Shown here: in pieces, positions 25,421 through 32,099 of the stretch
Numbering within the stretch: the stretch's first letter is position 1
Layout: every line of letters begins with the position of its first letter
DNA from: Macrostomum lignano
Taxonomy: Eukaryota
Assembly (NCBI GenBank): GCA_002269645.1
Contig: NIVC01004894.1
Span: 1 to 32,099 of the forward strand
Direction: 5' to 3'
Length of the DNA: 32,099 nt
The notes under the pieces: generated by a model
The model's input: only the letters and a program-made list of their open reading frames with translations
Told to the model about the DNA's origin: nothing
The model's database searches: none
Translations under genes and position numbers: made by a program

Positions 25421-28400
25421 ATGGTTGAGCACTCCTGGATGGAGCAGGAGAATGACCACTCATGGATGGAGAATGACCACTCATGGATGGAGAATGACCA
25501 CTCATGGATGGAGAATGACCACTCATGGATGGAGAATGGCCACTCGTGGATGGAGGATGACCACTCGTGGATCGAGTATGACCACCCTTGGGTGGACCAT
25601 GACGTCAGCAGCGAGTCAGCAGCCAGCAGCGAGTCGGCAGCCAGCAGCGAGTCGGCAGCCAGCAGCGAGTCGGCAGCCAGCAGCGAGTCAGCAGCCAGCA
25701 GCGAGTCAGCAGCCAGCAGCGAGTCAGCAGCCAGCAGCGAGTCAGCAGCCAGCAGCGAGTCAGCAGCCAGCAGCGAGTCAGCAGCCAACAGCGAGTCGGT
25801 GACTGATGCACACCAAGGTAAGTGCCTTTATTTATCCTTTTCAACTTACTTAAAAATTTTCTTATCAATGCGATGTATATTATGCAGTCTAAAATTTTAG
25901 TCCAAAGAATGGGAGAAGGGGAGATAAAAGACTTTATACCGGTAGGGTTGTACATGTATGCTTGGGTACAGACGTTTAGTTTAGTATCTTTGATATTTGA
26001 AACTATAGGCAGCAAAAAACAAAAATATTATCCTAAAACCACAAACCAGGTTCAACAGTCAGCTTCAGCAGAGTTGCCCAAGCCTATGATCAATCACTGG
26101 AAATACTGAGGCTCAGATCGAGTCACCCAGACACGCTTCCGTCAGAATTTTTTGTCCAAGCTGGAGACAAAATTATTGAGGCAGTTCAGCAAAGAATTTC
26201 AAGACATCATTACAAAGTTCAGCTAAAGGCGAATATTCGAATGGTCCGAATAAGAGATGGGGAGATGCTTGCCGAAGAGGACAGATGGATAAGCTGTAAA
26301 ATGCAGGCCCTAGACCTAGGTGGTGAAGCAGGCCGTTTAAACAACTGGTTGATTGAGCAGGAGCAGGAGTTGGAGAGGATCTGTAGTATGATTAATACGA
26401 ACGGCAGTGGCTGGACAATTAAACAAATTAATTTTCTAGACATCAACCTTGCCAGGTACAATCCAATTCGATTTCGCCAGGGCAGAGCCGTTAGATTCAA
26501 TCTTCCTGCCAGTTTGAAGAACAAAAAGGCTGTTATCAATCCACCGAGCACAGGCAAAGACTGTTTCCTGTACGCCTGTCTCGCTGCACTGCACAGCGCC
26601 GATCCGAAAGTTCAGAAATCGCCCAACAGAATATCCTCTTACGATGAATGGTTGCGTGAGCTGGACTTTGCAGAAATCTCCATGCCAGTGAGTGTCGCTG
26701 ATATCGATCGCGTCGAGTCTAACAATCCAGGAATTTGCATTTCTGCGTTCTCTTGGCAGCAGGGCAGTGTGACTCTTCTCCGTCGCCGCAAGCATGAGTC
26801 AGATGACCGAAGACACCTCATGCTTTTGCTAGTTAAAGACAGCTACGGATCGGAGCACTGGTGTGCAATTACTAATTTTGACAGGTTAATGAACAGTCGT
26901 AATGGTCCCGCCATGAGGAAGTGGTGCACGAAATGTTTAACATCATTTTATAGCAACGAGAGGCTTCAAGAGCACAGGAACGAATGCAGCATTACTGCAG
27001 AAAATCCTGTCAAAGAAACGCTTCCAGTTCCAGGACAGAATGAAATAAAGTTCCGAAACTGTCAAAACACTGTCAGTCCACCATTCGTTGCCTATGCCGA
27101 CCTGGAAGCCATTTTGCGAGCGAACACAGACCCTGCTAACCTGATCTCAAAGCATGAACCATGTGCAGCAGCTTTTCTTGCAGTGCCTCGTGAAGGCATG
27201 ACAGGACCTCCGCTTAGGCCAGAAGGAGACATGTACAAGGTCTTTTGCAATGCGGACCCTGATGAGTGTATCCTTGGTTTTCTCAAATCTCTTGAAAGCC
27301 TGGCTCAGGATATATTTCACTGGAACCAGAAGCATAGCCACCAGCCGGCTGACCGATCATCCGCGACCGTCATGGATGATTTCAATTCTGCTGAGGTATG
27401 TCACTACTGCAAGAAGAACTTTAAAAGTTCTACAGATAAACATTTTGACCACGATCATTTAAATGGACAGTACAAAGGTGCAGCATGTCAAGAATGCAAC
27501 CTGCGAGCACAGCTCCGACGCCGGTTTCTGCCCCTGGTTTTTCACAACTTAGGCGGCTACGACCTTCATCTTCTACTTTCCACTGCGCTTGGGAGCATGA
27601 AAAATTGGAAACTTAGTGTTGTTCCGCAATCATCCGAGCGATACTTGTCACTAAGGGCGGAATTCCCTGTTGCAAGTTACGTAAAGAACGGAAAAGTTGT
27701 GCCAATCATGTTTACAATTCAGTTCATCGACTCGCTCTGCTTTTTGAAGGGAAGTTTGTCCAATTTGTTTGCTAATCTTCCCGAAGCTGAATGCAAGCTG
27801 ACAATGCAAATGCTTGAGTCAAGACCACATCTTTCAAGAGAGCTACTTCGAAAAAAAGGGATTTTCCCATATGATTACCTCACAGGATTTGAGATTCTCG
27901 AGCAGTCGGTTTTGCCACCTAAAGATGCTTTTTTTAATCGACTTTCCGATAGGGGAATTTCCGACGACGACTACAATAGAGCAAGAGCGGCATGGGCGGC
28001 ATTTCAATGCAAAAGTTTGAAGGATTATATGCTCGCCTATCTTGAAATGGATGTAAGGCAGCTGGCTGACATTTTCGAGACATTCCGACAGGCCAGTCTG
28101 AAAGAGGACGGATTGGATCCGGTACACTACTTTACTACTCCTGGTTTGTCTTACGACTCAGCTCTAAAGTCGACTGGAGTGGTTCTAGAGCAGCTGACTG
28201 ATGCTGACATGTATCATCTGTTTGAGAAGGGAATACGAGGAGGCATGTCCTTCATTAATGTGCATTGCGTCAAAGGTAATAATCCTAGCTTGCCAGGTTA
28301 TGATGATCAGCAAGAGAGTGTAAGCCTCATGCCGATCGATATGAACAACTTGTATGGCTTTGCCCTGTCGCTTCCGCTTCCATGCAGGGAATTCAGGTGG

Positions 28401-29699
28401 GTACCGGAACAGGAAATCCAGTTCTGGGACTCCAATCGGTTTCTGTCACTCAATCCAGAAGCCGAGATCGCCTACCTTGTTCAACTCGATCTAGAATACC
28501 CAGCTGAGATTCACGATTCGACTCAGGAGTTACCGTTTGCACCTGAAAAATCAAAACCACAGCCAGATCAATTCTCGCCGTACATGGCCGAACTATGGAA
28601 AGAGATTGCTGAACAGCGAACTGGCAATGCTGAAGCTAAGTTTCAAGCAACGGAGAAGCTTCTACTCACCTGTACCGACAAGGATTCTTACGTAGTTCAC
28701 AGCACCGTTTTAAGATTTTACCTGCAACACGGAATGCGGATCAAGTGCGTCAAAAAAATGATTTCGTTCAAGCAGGAAAATATTTTCGCGCCGTACATTG
28801 CCAGCAACAATGAAAAAAGAGCTTTGGCAACTTCCGAGTTTGCTAAGGATTTTTACAAATTGAAAAACAATTCTCTCTTTGGAAAAACTATGGAAAACGT
28901 TCGAAAAAGATGCGATGTTCGAATTTGCACTAACCAGACTCAAGCAGAAACTTGCGCCTCTCGACCAAACTGTGCCGCATTCTCGATTATCAATGAGTCG
29001 TTGAGCATTTTTCAGCTCAAAAAAGATAAAGTCACGCTTGACAAGGCAATTTTCGTTGGCCAGGCAGTTCTCGATCTCTCTAAGATGGCCATGTACAGCC
29101 TACTATATGACAGGCTCCGACCGCTGTTCTGTCATTCAGACGGTTCCAGAGACATGATGCTTTGCGGAGGTGATACTGACTCATTTTTTCTAGCTTTCAA
29201 GAATCATGATTTAACATCGGAGGTAATCCCGAAGCTTAGAGAGGAAAAAATACTTGACACATCCAACTATTCTCGAGACCATCCGCATTTCTCTGAAGAG
29301 TTAAAAGGAAAGCTGGGCTGCGTTAAAGATGAATCTGCTGGTGGAATTTACCAGGAGTGGATTCTTTTGCGTCCAAAACTTTATTCGTTTCTCCCTGCCG
29401 AGAATTCGAGTGCAAAGATCAAGAAAACTGCCAAAGGCGTGAAGCAGTCAGTAGTAAGACAGCAAATTTCGCATGCGAACTATGTCGACGCGTTCGAGTC
29501 CAAGCAAGAGCAGATGGTTGCCATGACAGCGATTGTTTCCAAGAAACACGAAATCTTCACGTCGGTCATGGAGAAAAGAAGCCTATCGGTGTGGGAGGAT
29601 AAGCGAGTGTGGCTTAGCAGTAATCGAAGCCTGCCCTACGGACACTATGCGCTGACGCCCGCATCCCACGATCAGCTGAAGCGCATCCGACTGGTCTAG
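25421..29699 (+). CDS. polB: Protein-primed family B DNA polymerase (pPolB), predicted two exons: 25421-25817 and 26050-29699
   Basis: Exonuclease motifs AYADLEA, FHNLGGYDLH, YLEMDVRQL; polymerase motifs IDMNNLYG, KLKNNSLFGKTMEN, GGDTDSF, LRPKLYS, KTAKGV; CHYC…HDHLNGQYKGAACQECN insert. The frame is open from 26037 but has no ATG before 26241. Phase-1 donor CAAG|GTAAGT (25817) fits phase-1 acceptor ACCAG|GT (26050). Core ORF confidence is high; the 5' exon join is inferred. Confidence 0.92.
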
Positions 29700-30277
29700 T
29701 GCGGGTGTTTAACAGACTGTTTAGTACTTTTTCTTGCTTTTAGAGTTGTTTAAATTGCCAAATTCTGTTTTAAATGTAGTGACTTGCATGTAGTAACTTT
29801 TACAAATTTGTATGCTTGGCTAATTGCGCTAGATTTAGCTGTCAATTTGTTTTTGCGGCGTGAAATATTGATATCAATTTAAGTTTTACTTTTTATAAAG
29901 CTGTGGCAAGTGCGCTCATACAATATTAATTCATTTTTGTTTGCTTTGTGTACTACTTGTTTAAAATGTGTTTTTGGTTTTTATCTGACATAAATTGTTC
30001 CTGTAAATTCAATCAGCGTTTTAATCATATTTTCTCTATCACTTTTCTATTTCTTCTCTCGGTGCACATCGTTTGTTATAACGATGGTAGTATTGTTTAC
30101 TTTCGGATTTGATATGCGTTTTGCGATACTTTTGGTGATGGGCTAAATACGTTTTTGAAGTGTTCCATAGCTGTCTACCTGGGAAAATGAATGTAAAGAA
30201 TACTAAGTTTATCCTTTTATTCACTTTTCACTAATCATTGAAATATTTGCGGCAAATTGCTTGACTTGACTTTATTT

Positions 30278-30850
30278 TTATTCAATGGAAAGAACTACAT
30301 TGAGTAGACGCATGCTATCGGTATGCAACTGATTCAAGGACCGAGCTCTACTGAGAACAAAAGAGCCGCTGTGAAAAAGCAGACATTTACAAAAGTTTAA
30401 ATTGAAAATTAAAGCAGAAAAGGATTCTGGTTCATATTCGGCGTTTGGGATAATTGATTTTAACATTAATAAGGAAAGTGCGGAATGAACTGGGAGCTGT
30501 CCATGAGCAGTAATAGTTTTAATTCGAACACAAATTGTTTGATGAGGCAGCAGTTGAGCCGGCACTCTCCGATGCAGCATAGCCACGAAGCGACGGGCAG
30601 CCCTTTTGGCGTCTGCGTGGGTCTTGGCACCGCAGATGCTCAGTTGCCCAGTAGGGTAGAGTAGGAGAGTCACTCTGGGAATCCGCATCCGCTTGATGAG
30701 CACCCGGGGCCAGACGGGCCGGTAGATCACATGAGCCATGCTGAGAGCCAGTTCCCGTAGAGGCAGCTGAGCGCCCCTGCCACCATCCAGTCTCAGATCT
30801 ACTCCGCCAACCAGATTGGTCACTCTTAGGGCTGTAGCTGGTGGGCTCAT
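30278..30850 (-). CDS. Divergent, intronless TATA-box-binding protein (TBP) homolog encoded inside the Maverick
   Basis: Both TBP repeats align by eye. [10 protein letters not shown] ~ [49 protein letters not shown] ~ [52 protein letters not shown] ~ [27 protein letters not shown] ~ LIFVSGKVVLTGAK. First ATG is at 30850 (the track's 30889 start is a TTG). TAA stop is followed at once by AATAAA (30276-30271). Confidence 0.85.
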   Translation of the reverse strand: [190 protein letters not shown]

Positions 30851-30929
30851 TTCGATCGTCAACTTCTTCACCAAATCTGCTTCTGCCAACTTTACTGCTC
30901 GTGTGCCACGGACACTGCTCGCTTCTTAA

Positions 30930-31365
30930 GTTGATGCAGAACTTTGGCTTAAGCCAACTGTAGTGCAGCAACGAATTTCTCACTGCACAGCCAGTATCTG
31001 AATCTTCAGTCGAGGGTGCTCCAAATCTTCTAGGTTAAACCTGTCTTCCAAGCAGCTCAGTCAGAAAAATCGACTTCCTTTCCCCATTTGACCAGATCGG
31101 ACCACTGGCAATGCTCAGAATGTCTTCCGCCAGTTCCATGTACGGACGGGTTCCATCATTCCACTTAAACTGGTGCAGACTCTTAGATAGCTGTCTGTAG
31201 TAAACTCGCATGTCAGGTGAGACTCTCTCCCATGGATACGGAGGTGCGTACACATGGTGAGCAATGCGGTAGCTCCCGCTCTGATTTGAACAACTGCCAA
31301 CTCCTTCACAACAAATTTTTTGCTGTGCTGTTGCAGGGAAATCCTTGGAAGTCAATGTAGTTCAT
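30930..31365 (-). pseudogene. Frameshifted Maverick-type ORF, possibly DEDD/DnaQ exonuclease-like
   Basis: Joining frames gives MNYIDFQGFP…FVVKELAVV…HHVYAPPYPW…LHQFKWNDG…IWSNGERKSIFL…NLEDLEHPRL. This resembles a family I recall from Mavericks (VDxQGF…KELA…FKPP…HGIxW…G…YVKGxEK…NLED). Several frame changes are needed; 3' end uncertain; may be sequencing error rather than decay. Confidence 0.55.
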
Positions 31366-31463
31366 GATGCAGCTTTCCTTCGAAAATTTCGGAGTCAGTC
31401 CACCTTCTTATACTTTCTGGCAGGCAGTTTCAGCCAGGCTGTGTTGGCTCCCGTACCCCTTGA

Positions 31464-32099
31464 CTAGACTCTCCTGTTCTTTCTCCAGTTCACCCCTCTG
31501 CTGGTTGCCATTTTCTTCTTAACTGATTTACCAATAGCGGAAAGCGGAACATTAAGCTTTTTCTGCTGCAGAAAATCGATGAACTCGTTCCACCCAACTG
31601 GTTCACGCTCACATGGCCGAATCCCTCACTGTGTGCTGAATCAAGTCCAGTATGTTTGAGGAAGGGATTGACGTGCCTGCGATTTCCACCTCCCCGTTTT
31701 CACAAACTCGAAATCAGCTCTGGATTGGTGGACAGGATCGTCCACAGACTGCGAGCCCTGGTTTTGAATTTCTGTGGCACCGACTTGCTGATCTTCTCTT
31801 CCCAGGTGCTTCATCTGGGGTGTCTCTGTTTTCATCAACTTGGCTTCAGTATTGCGTGCTCCTTCTTTTCCAGCGTGCTTGCGCTTGGCCAGCAAACTTT
31901 GCATTGCACTTTGGTACATGGCGGTTTTCACATCTTCTGGACAATCCTCGGCATACAAGATGTCATCGCATTTCTTCTGAGCCTGCTTCAAGTCAGCTTC
32001 AGTGGTAGTCTCATTTGGCTTCAAATTCTGCATCAACATCTCATACTCTGCTTTAGGAATCAGAACGCATTTCTGAAATTTGTTCAATTTTGCTTCTTC
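31464..32099 (-). pseudogene. Frameshifted conserved Maverick hypothetical protein; runs off the right edge
   Basis: Segments in successive frames: KCVLIP…; ISKSVPQKFKTRARSLWTIL; ENGEVEIAGTSIPSSNILDLI; EPVGWNEFIDFLQQKKLNVPLSAIG; stop TAG at 31466-31464. This matches a recalled Maverick pattern (KMVLVP…GE…G…GSNI.DL…P.GW..F…NVP…IGN). Three frame changes needed. Confidence 0.6.

Larger units (their letters stand above)
22344..32099. mobile_element. Maverick/Polinton (adintovirus-like) element, left part; right part outside the window
   Basis: 5'-AGTAGTAG terminus typical of Polintons; structured terminal region; protein-primed PolB of Polinton type; two further ORFs with motifs I associate with Mavericks. 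Integrase, ATPase, protease and capsid genes are not visible here. Confidence 0.85.

Noticed and set aside
25901-25941. Alternative mini-exon inside the predicted PolB intron
   Set aside because: It ends in phase 0 and does not rejoin the PolB frame at either nearby acceptor (26009, 26050).
30039-30224. 61-aa minus-strand ORF between PolB and TBP
   Set aside because: Short, AT-rich, lies in the convergent 3' UTR region, no motifs.

Overview
Eukaryotic (metazoan-like) genomic DNA with GC-rich intron-containing genes and AT-rich, satellite-filled spacers. The style suggests a flatworm such as Macrostomum, but that is an unverified guess. The window has three parts. (1) 1-5491 (-): 5' part of an axonemal dynein heavy chain, DNAH7 family, with 8 exons visible and several 1-nt frameshifts near the left edge. 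(2) 8648-18249 (+): a KIAA0513/SBF2-domain gene, head-to-head with the dynein. It has a very long Gly-Gln-X repeat and a prion-like N-terminus, and a different tandem repeat in each of its first three introns. Two more minisatellites follow (18.6-22.3 kb). (3) 22344-end: the left part of a Maverick/Polinton (adintovirus-like) element. It starts with AGTAGTAG, which cuts a minisatellite unit mid-way. It carries a structured terminal region, a repeat-rich Cys-containing ORF, an intact and apparently spliced protein-primed DNA polymerase B, a TATA-binding-protein (TBP) homolog and two frameshifted Maverick-type ORFs. The element-borne TBP homolog is the most striking feature. All family assignments come from motif recognition by eye and recalled reference proteins; no searches were run. 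Integrase, ATPase, protease and capsid genes are not in the window.
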